From positions 6,454 through 70,453 of the forward strand of contig JAEWOJ010000018.1 of the NCBI GenBank assembly GCA_023399815.1: DNA of 64,000 nucleotides, written 5' to 3'. The DNA is from Pseudomonadota bacterium. Lineage in GTDB: Bacteria > Pseudomonadota > Gammaproteobacteria > Xanthomonadales > Xanthomonadaceae. The translations under genes were made by a program, and so were the position numbers. Of this stretch, positions 43,917 through 54,048 are shown in pieces (positions within the stretch are counted from its first letter, which is position 1; each line of letters starts with the position of its first letter). The notes under the pieces are model-generated. The model was not told the DNA's origin. It ran no database searches and saw only the letters and a program-made list of their open reading frames with translations.

Positions 43917-45758
43917 ATGCTTGAATTTCCACGCTGGAAGTACTTCCTGATCCTGATCGTCCTGTTGCTCAGCGCCCTGTACGCGCTGCCCAACGTGTAC
44001 CAGAAGGACCCGTCCGTGCAGATCACCGCCAACCGCGGCGGCCAGATCGACGACGCCCTCAGGCAGCGCGTCAGCGCGGCGCTGGGCGAGGCCGGTGTCG
44101 CGCCGAAGTCGGTGGAGAAGGAAGGCGAGAGCCTGATCGTCCGCCTGAACTCGCTCGACGCCCAGACCCGCGCCAACGACGTGCTGCGCGAGACGGCCGG
44201 CGAGAACTACACCGTCGCGCTGAACCTGGCCTCGACCGTGCCGGACTGGCTGGCCCGGGTTGGCGGCAAGCCGATGGTGCTGGGCCTGGACCTGGTGGGC
44301 GGCGTGCACTTCGCCCTGCAGGTGGACAAGAAGGCCGCCGTGGACAAGCGTTTCGAGGCGTTCGCCGAGGACATCCGCACCACGCTGCGCGACAACCGCG
44401 TCGGCTACCGCTCGGTCGAGCGCCGCGGCGAGAGCGACATCCAGGTGACGCTGTCCAACGCCGCCGATGCGGACAAGGCCCGCGTCGCCCTGGCCAAGGC
44501 GCAGCCGACCCTGACCTATTCGGTCAACGACGAGCGCATCACCGTCAGCGTGCCACAGACCGAAATGCTGCAGATCGCCTCCGGCGCCATCGAGCAGAAT
44601 CTGACCACGCTGCGCAACCGCGTCAACGAACTGGGCGTGGCCGAGCCGATCATCCAGCGCCAGGGCGACGACCGCATCGTGGTCGAACTGCCGGGCGTGC
44701 AGGATACCGCCGAGGCCAAGCGCATGATCGGCGCCACCGCCACCCTGGAATACCGCCTGGTGGTGGACGGCAACGCGCAGGACGCCGCCGCCAGCGGCCG
44801 CATCCCGCCGGAAGCGCGCCTGTACCGCGACCGCCGCGGCCTGCCGGTGCTGCTGAACAAGCGCACCATCGTGACCGGCGACCAGATGGTCAAGGCCGAG
44901 GTGTCCACCGACCAGAACGGCCTGCCCGCGGTCGCGGTCACGCTCAACAGCGTCGGCGGCCAGCGCATGTTCGACGTCACCAGCGTCAACGTGAACAAGC
45001 CGATGGCCGTGGTCTACACCGAGCGCATCCCGCAGGTGACCGTGGTCGACGGCAAGGAACAGCGCAGCTTCCGGGTCAAGGAAGAAGTCATTTCCGTGGC
45101 CAACATCAACAGCCCGCTGGGCAAGAACTTCATCACCACCGGCCTGGAGAAGACCGAGGCCGATGGTCTCGCCAAGCTGCTGCGCGCCGGTTCGCTGGCC
45201 GCGCCGATGGACTTCGTCGAGGAATACGTGATCGGCCCGAGCCTGGGTGCGGAGAACGTGGCCCGCGGCGTCAAGGCGGTGGTGTTCTCGTTCGTGTTCA
45301 CCCTGGCGTTCTTCACCGTGTACTACCGCATGTTCGGCGCGATCACCTCGGTGGCGCTGCTGTTCAACCTGCTGATCGTGGTGTCGGTGATGTCGCTGTT
45401 CGGCGCGACCATGACCCTGCCGGGCTTCGCCGGCCTGGCGTTGTCGGTGGGCCTGTCGGTGGACGCCAACGTGCTCATCAACGAGCGCATCCGCGAGGAA
45501 CTGCGCGCCGGCATGCCGCCCAAGACGGCCATCGCCGCCGGCTACGAGAAGGCCTCGCACACGATCCTCGACGCCAACCTGACCGGCCTGATCGTGGGCG
45601 TGGCGCTGTACGCCTTCGGCACCGGCCCGCTGAAGGGCTTCGCGCTGACCATGATCATCGGCATCTTCGCCTCGATGTTCACCGCGATCACCGTGTCGCG
45701 CTCGCTGGCGGTGCTGATCTACGGCCACCGCAAGAAGCTGACCTCCGTGGCGATCTGA
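43917..45758 (+). CDS. secD: Protein translocase subunit
   Basis: LGLDLVGG, RNRVNELGVAEP, GPSLG, DANVLINERI. Confidence 0.97.
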   Translation: MLEFPRWKYFLILIVLLLSALYALPNVYQKDPSVQITANRGGQIDDALRQRVSAALGEAGVAPKSVEKEGESLIVRLNSLDAQTRANDVLRETAGENYTVALNLASTVPDWLARVGGKPMVLGLDLVGGVHFALQVDKKAAVDKRFEAFAEDIRTTLRDNRVGYRSVERRGESDIQVTLSNAADADKARVALAKAQPTLTYSVNDERITVSVPQTEMLQIASGAIEQNLTTLRNRVNELGVAEPIIQRQGDDRIVVELPGVQDTAEAKRMIGATATLEYRLVVDGNAQDAAASGRIPPEARLYRDRRGLPVLLNKRTIVTGDQMVKAEVSTDQNGLPAVAVTLNSVGGQRMFDVTSVNVNKPMAVVYTERIPQVTVVDGKEQRSFRVKEEVISVANINSPLGKNFITTGLEKTEADGLAKLLRAGSLAAPMDFVEEYVIGPSLGAENVARGVKAVVFSFVFTLAFFTVYYRMFGAITSVALLFNLLIVVSVMSLFGATMTLPGFAGLALSVGLSVDANVLINERIREELRAGMPPKTAIAAGYEKASHTILDANLTGLIVGVALYAFGTGPLKGFALTMIIGIFASMFTAITVSRSLAVLIYGHRKKLTSVAI

Positions 45759-45822
45759 CGCGAATCCATCGCAGGAACCCGCACATCCTCCATGTGCGGG
45801 GACTCACAGGAAAAATCCTTGC

Positions 45823-46791
45823 ATGAAACTGTTCCCGCTCCATCTCATCCCGAACGACACCACCATCGACTTCATGCGCCACCGCAAGCCGGTGCTGGCG
45901 TTGATGGTGGTGCTGCTGATGGCGTCCATCGCCATCATCGGCTTCAAGGGCTTCAACTACGCGCTCGAGTTCACCGGCGGCACCGTGGTGCGCACGCACT
46001 TCGAGAAGACCGTGGACATGGACCAGGTGCGTGAGCGGCTGGCGAAGGCCGGCTTCGAGAACGCGCAGGTGCAGAGCGTCGGCGGCGGCAACGACGTGAT
46101 GATCCGCCTGCAGGCCGACGCCGAGCACAACAACGCCGCCGACGCCGCGCAGAAAGTCGCCGAGCAGGTGCGCGCGGCCATCACCAGCGACGCCAACCCG
46201 GCCGCCGTGCAGCCGGGCGAATTCGTCGGCCCGCAGGTCGGCAAGGACCTGGCGATGAACGGCGTCTACGCCACGCTGTTCATGCTGATCGGCTTCCTGA
46301 TCTACATCGCCGCGCGCTTCGAGTGGAAGTTCGCGATGGTGGCCAGCATCACCGCGTTCTTCGACCTGATCCTGACCATCGCCTACATGTCGCTGCTCGG
46401 CCGCGAGTTCGACCTGACCGTGCTGGCCGGCCTGCTGTCGGTGATGGGCTTCGCCATCAACGACATCATCGTGGTGTTCGACCGCGTGCGCGAGAACTTC
46501 CGCAGCCTGCGCGTGGATTCGCTGGAAGTGCTCAACCGCTCGATCAACCAGACCCTGTCGCGCACCATCATCACCGCGGTGATGTTCTTCCTGTCGGCGC
46601 TGGCGCTGTACCTGTACGGCGGCGCGTCGATGGAAGGCCTGGCCGAGACCCACATGATCGGCGCGGTGATCGTGGTGGTGTCCTCGGTGGTGGTCGCGGT
46701 GCCGATGCTGACGATCGGGCCGTTCAGGGTTTCCAAGCAGGACCTGCTGCCCAAGGCCAAGGACGTCGAGGAACTGGCGCGCCGCCCGTAA
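45823..46791 (+). CDS. secF: Protein translocase subunit
   Basis: EFTGG, VGPQVG, NDIIVVFDRVREN, TLSRTIIT. Confidence 0.97.
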   Translation: MKLFPLHLIPNDTTIDFMRHRKPVLALMVVLLMASIAIIGFKGFNYALEFTGGTVVRTHFEKTVDMDQVRERLAKAGFENAQVQSVGGGNDVMIRLQADAEHNNAADAAQKVAEQVRAAITSDANPAAVQPGEFVGPQVGKDLAMNGVYATLFMLIGFLIYIAARFEWKFAMVASITAFFDLILTIAYMSLLGREFDLTVLAGLLSVMGFAINDIIVVFDRVRENFRSLRVDSLEVLNRSINQTLSRTIITAVMFFLSALALYLYGGASMEGLAETHMIGAVIVVVSSVVVAVPMLTIGPFRVSKQDLLPKAKDVEELARRP

Positions 46792-46811
46792 GGCCGCCGT
46801 GTCCCGCCCTT

Positions 46812-46845
46812 GAAAGAGCCGCGCCCATGCGCGGCTCTTTCTTTA
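46812..46845 (+). terminator. Rho-independent terminator after secF
   Basis: GAAAGAGCCGCGC-CCAT-GCGCGGCTCTTTCTTT. Confidence 0.85.
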
Positions 46846-47208
46846 TGTCTTCGGTCTTTATGTTTTCGGTAGCGCCCGACCGTTGCTCGGGCGGCGTTGA
46901 GTTCGATGGGCGCGACAGCGCAGATCAGCGGTCGGCACCCATCGCGAGCATCACGAAATGGCCGGGGGCGGAGCCCCCCGATTCCGGGCTGCCGAGGCAG
47001 CAGGCTTCCCATGCCTGCGTCGCCCCTGCGCGCACCATCATTGAAGCCGCCCGCACACTGGAAAGCCGTCGCCGGACGTGGCTTTACCATGCCCATTCCA
47101 TGCGGTGGCGTCGGTTGTGTTAGCTGCGGACGCACACTACGATCCTTCCGGTTCAGCGCGGCGGCAATGCAGGGCGGCGCTGGTTTTCCGCATCCATCCG
47201 AGGTTTTC

Positions 47209-48471
47209 ATGGTCATCAAACCGCGTGTGCGCGGCTTCATCTGCGTCACCACCCATCCGACCGGCTGCGACGCGGCGGTCAAGGAACAGATCGACTACAT
47301 CAAGGCGCAGCCCAAACTCGCCCACGGCCCGAAGAAGGTGCTGGTGATCGGCGCGTCCACCGGCTACGGCCTGGCCGCGCGCATCAAGGCCGCCTTCGGC
47401 AGCGACGCCGCCACGCTGGGCGTGTTCTTCGAGCGTCCCGGCAGCGAGAGCAAGCCGGGCACGGCCGGCTGGTACAACTCGGCCGCGTTCGAGAAGTACG
47501 CGCACGCGGCCGGCCTGTACGCGCGCAGCGTCAACGGCGATGCGTTCTCCGACGAGGTCAAGCAGAAGGTCATCGAGATCATCAAGGCCGACCTGGGCCA
47601 GGTGGACCAGGTGGTCTACAGCCTGGCGTCGCCGCGCCGCAGGCACCCGAAGACCGGCGAGGTCATCAGCTCCACGCTCAAGCCGATCGGCGAGCCGATC
47701 ACGCTGCGCGGCCTGGATACCGACAAGGAAGTGCTGACCGAGACCACCCTGCAGCCGGCCACCGCCGAGGAGATCGCCGGCACCGTGCAGGTGATGGGCG
47801 GCGAGGACTGGCAGATGTGGATCGACGCGCTGCTGGAAGCCGGCGTGCTGGCGCCGGGCGCGACCACCACCGCCTTCACCTACGTCGGCGAGGAGATCAC
47901 CCAGGCGATCTACTGGAACGGTTCGATCGGTGCCGCGAAGAAGGACCTGGACGCCAAGGTCAAGGACATCCGCGCCAGCCTGCAGGGCATCGGCGGCGAT
48001 GCGCGCGTGTCGGTGCTCAAGGCGGTGGTCACCCAGGCCAGCTCGGCGATCCCGACCATGCCGCTGTACCTGTCGCTGCTGTTCAAGGTGATGAAGAGCG
48101 AGGGCACCCACGAAGGCTGCATCGAGCAGCTCGATACCCTGTACGACATCCTCTACAACGGCCCGCAGGGTGGCGCCAACGCCGCCGGGCACATTCGCCA
48201 GAACCTGGTGGACGGCAAGGGCCGCAGCGTCGCCCTGGTCGACGAGGAAGGCCGCTTGCGCGCCGACTACAAGGAAATGGCGCCGGAAGTGCAGGGCAGG
48301 GTGGTCGAGCTGTGGCCGCAGGTCACCAACGAGAACCTGTACGGGATCAGCGACCTGGCCGGCTACAAGGCCGACTTCCTGCGCCTGTTCGGCTTCGGCA
48401 TCGAGGGCGTGGACTACGAGGCCGACGTGAATCCGGACGTGAAGATCGAGAACCTGGTCGATCTGACCTGA
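47209..48471 (+). CDS. fabV: Enoyl-ACP reductase FabV
   Basis: [46 protein letters not shown]. Confidence 0.96.
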   Translation: MVIKPRVRGFICVTTHPTGCDAAVKEQIDYIKAQPKLAHGPKKVLVIGASTGYGLAARIKAAFGSDAATLGVFFERPGSESKPGTAGWYNSAAFEKYAHAAGLYARSVNGDAFSDEVKQKVIEIIKADLGQVDQVVYSLASPRRRHPKTGEVISSTLKPIGEPITLRGLDTDKEVLTETTLQPATAEEIAGTVQVMGGEDWQMWIDALLEAGVLAPGATTTAFTYVGEEITQAIYWNGSIGAAKKDLDAKVKDIRASLQGIGGDARVSVLKAVVTQASSAIPTMPLYLSLLFKVMKSEGTHEGCIEQLDTLYDILYNGPQGGANAAGHIRQNLVDGKGRSVALVDEEGRLRADYKEMAPEVQGRVVELWPQVTNENLYGISDLAGYKADFLRLFGFGIEGVDYEADVNPDVKIENLVDLT

Positions 48472-48477
48472 AGGACG

Positions 48478-48502
48478 AAAGGCCGGCGTAAGCCGGCCTT
48501 TC
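48478..48502. terminator. Bidirectional terminator between fabV and fimX
   Basis: AAAGGCCGGC-GTAA-GCCGGCCTTT. Confidence 0.8.
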
Positions 48503-48586
48503 CGCATCTGGCGGTGCCGGGCGCTGGGGCCGGCATCCGCGGGATCGTTGCCAGTGCGGTTGCCGGCCAGCGGCCGGCGCTACCCC

Positions 48587-50662
48587 TTACGCGTTGAACT
48601 CGAAATTCATCTCCGGGCCGGCCGGGCCGACGAAGTCGCCCTGCACGTAGTCCACGCCGGAACTGAACAGCAGGCTCATCGTCGCCGCGTCCGAGACGAA
48701 CTCGGCGATGGTGCGGATGTCCTCCGACTGCGCGCGCCGGGTGATTTCCTGGGTCTTGGCCAGCTGCTCGCGGGCCTGCGCCGGATCGGCGGTGAAGCTG
48801 CTGTCCAGCTTGAGGAAGCCCGGCTGGAAGTGCGCCAGCAGCTGGAACGAATCCAGCCCCGAGCCGAACTGCTCCAGCCCGACCTTGCAGCCCAGCGCCG
48901 AGACCTCGGCCAGGAACTGCTGGGCGTTGCGCAGGTGAGTGAACACCTTGGCCTCGGCGACCTGCAGCCACAGCTGGTCGCCGTCGATGCCCTCGGCCTG
49001 CAGGCCATCGCGGATCACCGCCAGCAGCTGCGGATCGGAGAAGGACTCGGGGGTGATGCGCACCATCAGGTGGGTGCGGTGGCCGGCGCGGCGGCGCTCG
49101 CCCAGCGCCTTGATCGCGTGGCCGACCAGCCAGCGGTTGATCGGCGCGAGCAGGCCCTGGTCCTCGGCGATCGGCAGGAAGGTGGCGGGGCCGACCATCT
49201 CGTCGTTGCCGCGCAGCCGCAACGAGGTGTCGTACAGCTGGATCGGCTCGCCCATCAGGTTGATCACCGGCCGGAAGCGCAGCTGGAACCCATCGTTCTC
49301 CAGCGCCTCGCGCATCAGTTCGACCCAGCGCTGGATGCGTTCTTCCTCGACGCGGTCGGCCGCGCCGGGGTCGAACACCTTGACCGTGTTGCCGCCCAGT
49401 TCGGCCGAGGCGCGCGCGCAGTCGCTGGCGCGCGCCAGCACCTGGCCGACGCTGGCGATCTTCTCGCCGACCTGCACGCCGCCGATGCTGACGGTGACCG
49501 TGGCCGAGCGCGCGCCGATGCTGAACACGTGCGTGGAGAACGCATCGCGCACGCGTTCGGCCAGGCGCGCGGTGTGCGGGTAGTCGCCCTGCGCGAGGAT
49601 GGCGAAGCTGTGCTCGCCGAAGCGCGCCACCGGCAGCGCGTCGCCGAGCGTGGCGGCCAGGCGCTGGCCCAGCGCGGCGACCAGCGCGTCGGCCGAATCC
49701 AGCCCGATGTCGGGCAGCAGGCGCGCGTAGTGGTCCGGTTCGACCAGCAGGAAGCCGTACTGGCCTTCGCTGCGGCTGACCTGCGCCACCGCGTTCTCCA
49801 GGTGCACCATGAAGGTCGGGCGGTTGAGCAGGCCGGTGACCTGGTCGCGCTGGCGCAGCTCCTCGACCTCGCGCGCCAGTTCCGGGTCGAACTCCTCGCG
49901 GCGGCGGAACACCACCTGGAAGCAGGACTCGCCCTCGTAGGTGGCGGCGGTGAATTCCATCGTCGCCGGGAAGCTGTCGCCGTCCTGGTTGCGCGCGTGC
50001 ACTTCGTACTGCGGCGGCGGTGCCTCGCCCTTGCTCAGCGACTTGAGCAGCTGCTTGAAGTCCTCCACGTGCTGCGGCGCGACCATGTCCAGCAGCGAGA
50101 TGCCTTCAACGTCCTCGAACGATTCGTAGCCGAACATCTCCAGGTACGCCTCGTTGGCGCGGATGTGCATGCCTTCGTGGATGTAGGCGATCGGGTCGCG
50201 CGAGGAGGCGATCAGCGCGTCGCAGCGGCGCTCGGTCTCGCGCATCTGCGCCTCGATCCGGCGCAGTCCGCGGCGCGCCTGCAGGTCGGTCCACTCGTCG
50301 CGCACCACCGCCAGCAGGTGCTCGGGGCGCTGGCGCAGGGCGATGGCGCGGATGCCGTTGGCGCCGGCTTCCACCAGCATCTGCTCGTCGACGTGCTCGG
50401 CCAGCCCGATCACCGGGATGTCCTTGCCGCTGGCGGCGATCTGCTGGCTGAGCAGGACCTGCGGGATCGTCCGCGAGGGCGCGGAGAGCACCAGGTCGAT
50501 GGCCTGGCCGGACAGGATGTCGACCAGTTCCTCCGGCGCCTGCGGCCGGAACGGGCGGATGGCGATGCCGCTGTTGCGCAGGGCGCTGACGATCGCCTCG
50601 GCGTTCTCGGCGCTGTCGTCGACGATCAGCAGGCGCAGGGTTGTTTCTTTGCCATTCTGCAT
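48587..50662 (-). CDS. fimX: FimX-like REC-PAS-GGDEF-EAL protein with degenerate catalytic motifs
   Basis: REC N-terminus, PAS region, RFGEHSF in place of GGDEF, degenerate EAL with QGDF motif. Confidence 0.85.
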   Translation of the reverse strand: MQNGKETTLRLLIVDDSAENAEAIVSALRNSGIAIRPFRPQAPEELVDILSGQAIDLVLSAPSRTIPQVLLSQQIAASGKDIPVIGLAEHVDEQMLVEAGANGIRAIALRQRPEHLLAVVRDEWTDLQARRGLRRIEAQMRETERRCDALIASSRDPIAYIHEGMHIRANEAYLEMFGYESFEDVEGISLLDMVAPQHVEDFKQLLKSLSKGEAPPPQYEVHARNQDGDSFPATMEFTAATYEGESCFQVVFRRREEFDPELAREVEELRQRDQVTGLLNRPTFMVHLENAVAQVSRSEGQYGFLLVEPDHYARLLPDIGLDSADALVAALGQRLAATLGDALPVARFGEHSFAILAQGDYPHTARLAERVRDAFSTHVFSIGARSATVTVSIGGVQVGEKIASVGQVLARASDCARASAELGGNTVKVFDPGAADRVEEERIQRWVELMREALENDGFQLRFRPVINLMGEPIQLYDTSLRLRGNDEMVGPATFLPIAEDQGLLAPINRWLVGHAIKALGERRRAGHRTHLMVRITPESFSDPQLLAVIRDGLQAEGIDGDQLWLQVAEAKVFTHLRNAQQFLAEVSALGCKVGLEQFGSGLDSFQLLAHFQPGFLKLDSSFTADPAQAREQLAKTQEITRRAQSEDIRTIAEFVSDAATMSLLFSSGVDYVQGDFVGPAGPEMNFEFNA

Positions 50663-50776
50663 GCGGGACTCCCTCTGACCGGGTTTAATACAACATGGGT
50701 GCGGTGCCGTCCATGCGCGGATCGCGCGCCTGTGACGCGGTTCCTGTGCGTGGATGCTGCCGCGCGGCCACCCCGT

Positions 50777-51979
50777 TCAGGCCGCCTGTCCGGCGGCGTG
50801 CCCGGAGGCCCAGGCCCACTGGAAGTTGTAGCCGCCCAGCCAGCCGGTCACATCCAGCACCTCGCCGACGAAATGCAGTCCGGGCACTAGCCGCGATTCC
50901 ATCGTCGCCGAGGACACCTGCCGCGTATCCACGCCGCCCAGCGTCACCTCGGCGGTGCGGTAGCCCTCGGTGCCGCTGGCCACTAGCGGGAAATCCGCCA
51001 GCAGGGCCGCGGCCTGCTTCAGCTGCGGCTCGTCGAGCTGGCGCACCGGCCGGTCCGGCAGCCAGTGCTCGCACAGCCGCTGCGCCATCCGCTTGGGCAT
51101 GACCTCGGCCAGCACCGTGCGCAGTTCCGAGGCGCCGCGCTCGCGTTTCATCGCACGCAGCCATTCCTGCGCGTCGTGGCCCGGCAGCAGGTCCAGGCGC
51201 AGGTCGTCGCCGGGTTGCCAGTACGAGGAGATCTGCAGGATCGCCGGGCCGCTGATGCCGCGATGGGTCAGCAGCATGAAGTTGCGGAAGCTCTGCCCGT
51301 TGCAGCGCGCCTCCACCGGCAACGCGACGCCGCTGAGGTCGGCGAAGCGTTCCTGGTGCCTGCCGCTGAGGGTCAGCGGCACCAGCCCTGCGCGGGTGGG
51401 CAGCACGTCATGGCCGAACTGGCGGGCGACCTCGTAGCCGAAACCGCTGGCGCCCATGCTGGGGATGGACAGGCCGCCGCTGGCGATCACCAGCGAGGCG
51501 CTGTGGAACAGTCCTTGAGCGGTGCGCACGCGGAAGCCGTCGGCGCCGCGCTCGATGCCTTCCACCGCGCAGTCGGTGCGGACCTGCACGCCGGCCTGCT
51601 GGCATTCGTCCAGCAGCATGCGCACGATCAGCTTGGAGGATACGTCGCAGAACAGCTGCCCCAGCTCCTTCTCGTGCCAGGCGATGCGGTGCCGCTCGAC
51701 CATGTCGATGAAGTCGCCCGGCGTGTAGCGCGCCAGCGCCGACTTGCAGAAATGCGGGTTGGCCGAGAGGAAATTGGCGGCGCTGGTGCCGGTGTTGGTG
51801 AAGTTGCAGCGGCCGCCGCCGGACATCAGGATCTTCTTGCCGACCTTGTTGGCGTGGTCGACCACCTGCACGATGCGGCCGCGCTGGCCGGCGGTGAGCG
51901 CACACATCAGCCCGGCGGCGCCGGCGCCGATCACCAGCACGTCGCAGCGGTGCGTGCCCATGCCCGGATTCATCGCCAC
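50777..51979 (-). CDS. HI0933/YhiN-family flavoprotein
   Basis: GAGAAG, GKKILMSGGGRCNFTN, TLGGV, GGYNFQWAWASG; start uncertain. Confidence 0.92.
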   Translation of the reverse strand: MAMNPGMGTHRCDVLVIGAGAAGLMCALTAGQRGRIVQVVDHANKVGKKILMSGGGRCNFTNTGTSAANFLSANPHFCKSALARYTPGDFIDMVERHRIAWHEKELGQLFCDVSSKLIVRMLLDECQQAGVQVRTDCAVEGIERGADGFRVRTAQGLFHSASLVIASGGLSIPSMGASGFGYEVARQFGHDVLPTRAGLVPLTLSGRHQERFADLSGVALPVEARCNGQSFRNFMLLTHRGISGPAILQISSYWQPGDDLRLDLLPGHDAQEWLRAMKRERGASELRTVLAEVMPKRMAQRLCEHWLPDRPVRQLDEPQLKQAAALLADFPLVASGTEGYRTAEVTLGGVDTRQVSSATMESRLVPGLHFVGEVLDVTGWLGGYNFQWAWASGHAAGQAA

Positions 51980-51986
51980 CGCGCGC

Positions 51987-52535
51987 CTATCCCGCCGCGC
52001 GCTTGCGCCAGGCGGGGATGACGTCGAGCTGGACCTGGTCGTTGAGGATCTGCACTTCGCCGTCCTGGATCAGCACGCTCCAGCGCATCGCCCGCTGGAT
52101 CTGCTGGCCCCAGCGCTCGACGAATCCGGCGTCCAGGTCCACCACCGAGAGGTTGCTGAAGCGGGCCAGGCCCTTGCCCTGCTTCTGCCACCAGATGTCC
52201 GAGGCGTTGCCGCCGTAGTTGACCACCTGCACCTGGCGGCTGCGGTTGCTGGCCTTGCGCACGCGCGATTCGTCCGGATGGCCCAGGTCGATCCACTGCA
52301 GGATGTCGCCGGTGTAGTCGTGCTGCCACAGGTCCGGTTCGTCGTCGGTGCTCAGGCCGCGGCCGAACTCCAGGCGGTCGTCGGCGTTCAGCGCGAAGGC
52401 GAGCAGGCGCACCATCAGGCGCTCGTCGGTCTCGGAGGGATGCTGGGCCAGGGTCAGGTGGTGGGTCGCGTAGTAGCCGCGGTCCATGTCGCTGATCTGC
52501 AGCTCGGCCTTGCGGATGGTGGCGGTGAGGGCCAT
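51987..52535 (-). CDS. yaeQ: YaeQ-family protein
   Basis: MALTATIRK, AQHPSETDERLMVRL, DEPDLW. Confidence 0.93.
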   Translation of the reverse strand: MALTATIRKAELQISDMDRGYYATHHLTLAQHPSETDERLMVRLLAFALNADDRLEFGRGLSTDDEPDLWQHDYTGDILQWIDLGHPDESRVRKASNRSRQVQVVNYGGNASDIWWQKQGKGLARFSNLSVVDLDAGFVERWGQQIQRAMRWSVLIQDGEVQILNDQVQLDVIPAWRKRAAG

Positions 52536-52595
52536 GGGATCACGGGGCAAAGACCGCCATTCTACTGCGCGGCCGTGCGGCCGGTGTCGCGCACC

Positions 52596-53069
52596 TCAGC
52601 GCTGCCGCGCCAGCCACTGGTCGAGCCGGGCGGCGAAGGCCTGGCGGTCGCGCGCATGCAGGCTGGCCGGGCCGCCGGTCTGGACGCCGGCGCCGCGCAG
52701 TTCGGCCATGAAGTCACGTATCGACAGCCGCTCGGCGATGCTGTCGGGGCTGAACGGCTCGCCGCGCGGATCGAGCGCGGCGGCGCCCTTGGCCAGCACG
52801 CGCGCGGCCAGCGGGATGTCCTGGGTAACGACCAGGTCGCCGGCGGCGACGCGCTCGGCGATCGCATCGTCGGCCACGTCCGGGCCACCGGCGACCTGCA
52901 TGGCGCGGATGAAGCGCGAGGAGGGCGTCTGCAGCCAGCGGTTGGCGACCAGGATCACCTCGACCCGGGTGCGCTCGGCGGCACGGTACAGGATGTCGCG
53001 GATGACGGCGGGGCAGGCGTCGGCGTCGACCCAGATGCGGGGCGAGGGGGCGGGGACGGTGGATTCCAT
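52596..53069 (-). CDS. yaiI: YaiI/YqxD (UPF0178) protein
   Basis: [17 protein letters not shown]. Confidence 0.92.
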   Translation of the reverse strand: MESTVPAPSPRIWVDADACPAVIRDILYRAAERTRVEVILVANRWLQTPSSRFIRAMQVAGGPDVADDAIAERVAAGDLVVTQDIPLAARVLAKGAAALDPRGEPFSPDSIAERLSIRDFMAELRGAGVQTGGPASLHARDRQAFAARLDQWLARQR

Positions 53070-53384
53070 GCCGCGCAGTCTAGCCGCTGGGGCCGCCGGC
53101 CACGGGTGGGAGGAAGCGCCCGGAAGACGCCAAGCCAATGAATTTGGCGGATTTGTTGACCCGGCCGGCCTCCTCCGGGCGGATGAATGCGGTACTTGTC
53201 GCTTTTTGGCGGAAAGCCGCGTATCTTTCGTCCCACTGTGCTTGCAAGGGTCACCGTGAATCGTGGCCTGATGCAGCTGATCTCACCGATCCGCTCATCG
53301 TTCCGTTTTACCAACGCCTGCAACTCAGTCTCGGCCCCGATCCCGGCGGCTGCGATTTCCAATCAATAGTTCCAGGAGTTTGTA

Positions 53385-53594
53385 ATGTCTGAGCGTCAGA
53401 CCGGCACGGTGAAGTGGTTCAACGATGCCAAGGGTTTCGGTTTCATCACCCCGGAAAGCGGTCCGGACCTGTTCGTGCACTTCCGCGCCATCCAGGGCAC
53501 CGGCTTCAAGTCGCTGCAGGAAGGCCAGAAGGTGAGCTTCGTCGCCGTGCAGGGCCAGAAGGGCATGCAGGCTGACCAGGTGCAGGCGCTGTAA
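53385..53594 (+). CDS. cspA: Cold-shock protein
   Basis: [29 protein letters not shown]; exact paralog not resolved. Confidence 0.93.
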   Translation: MSERQTGTVKWFNDAKGFGFITPESGPDLFVHFRAIQGTGFKSLQEGQKVSFVAVQGQKGMQADQVQAL

Positions 53595-53623
53595 TCCAGC
53601 CCCGCAACCGCAAGGTCGCCACG

Positions 53624-53654
53624 ACGCCGGAAGCGAAAGCTTCCGGCGTTTTTT
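53624..53654 (+). terminator. Rho-independent terminator of the csp gene
   Basis: ACGCCGGAAGC-GAAA-GCTTCCGGCGTTTTTT. Confidence 0.9.
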
Positions 53655-53729
53655 GTTGCTGCCATTTTGTTTGGTGGCGCTTGATTGGCGAGCGGAGCTT
53701 GGTCTTCCTTGTCTCGCGGCCAAGCTCAT

Positions 53730-54001
53730 GAGGCTTCGCCCCCGACCCTCACCCCAACCCCTCTCCCGGAGGGAGAGGGGCTTTGCTTCCGCTGCGCACG
53801 CAAGCCGTACCTTCTCTCGCCCTGGAGGGAGAGGGGCTTTGAACGTCACGGCTCATTGCGCGGCCGCTTTTCCCTTCTCCCCTTGGGAGAAGGTGCCCCG
53901 CAGGGGCGGATGAGGGTACGGGCAAAGCCTCTTGCATCCAGGTATCGAAGGGGCTTCGCCCCGACCCTCACCCCAACCCCTCTCCCGGAGGAAGAGGGGC
54001 T
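53730..54001 (+). repeat. Cluster of composite-element pieces: partial arm 53730-53783, lone hairpin ~53810-53839, empty full copy 53870-54001
   Basis: The full copy closely resembles 16389-16519. Confidence 0.88.
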
Positions 54002-54048
54002 TTATACGGCTCGGGCTGCATTCCGGCGGCGCGGTCTATGCTTGAGGC

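Noticed and set aside
46846..47208. Long secF-fabV intergenic region as a riboswitch, sRNA or fabV extension
   Set aside because: No recognisable RNA motif; fabV has a good RBS and start at 47209
48587..50662. Degenerate GGDEF/EAL motifs as a sign of pseudogenisation
   Set aside because: The ORF is intact, and degeneracy with a QGDF motif is the normal state of FimX c-di-GMP receptors
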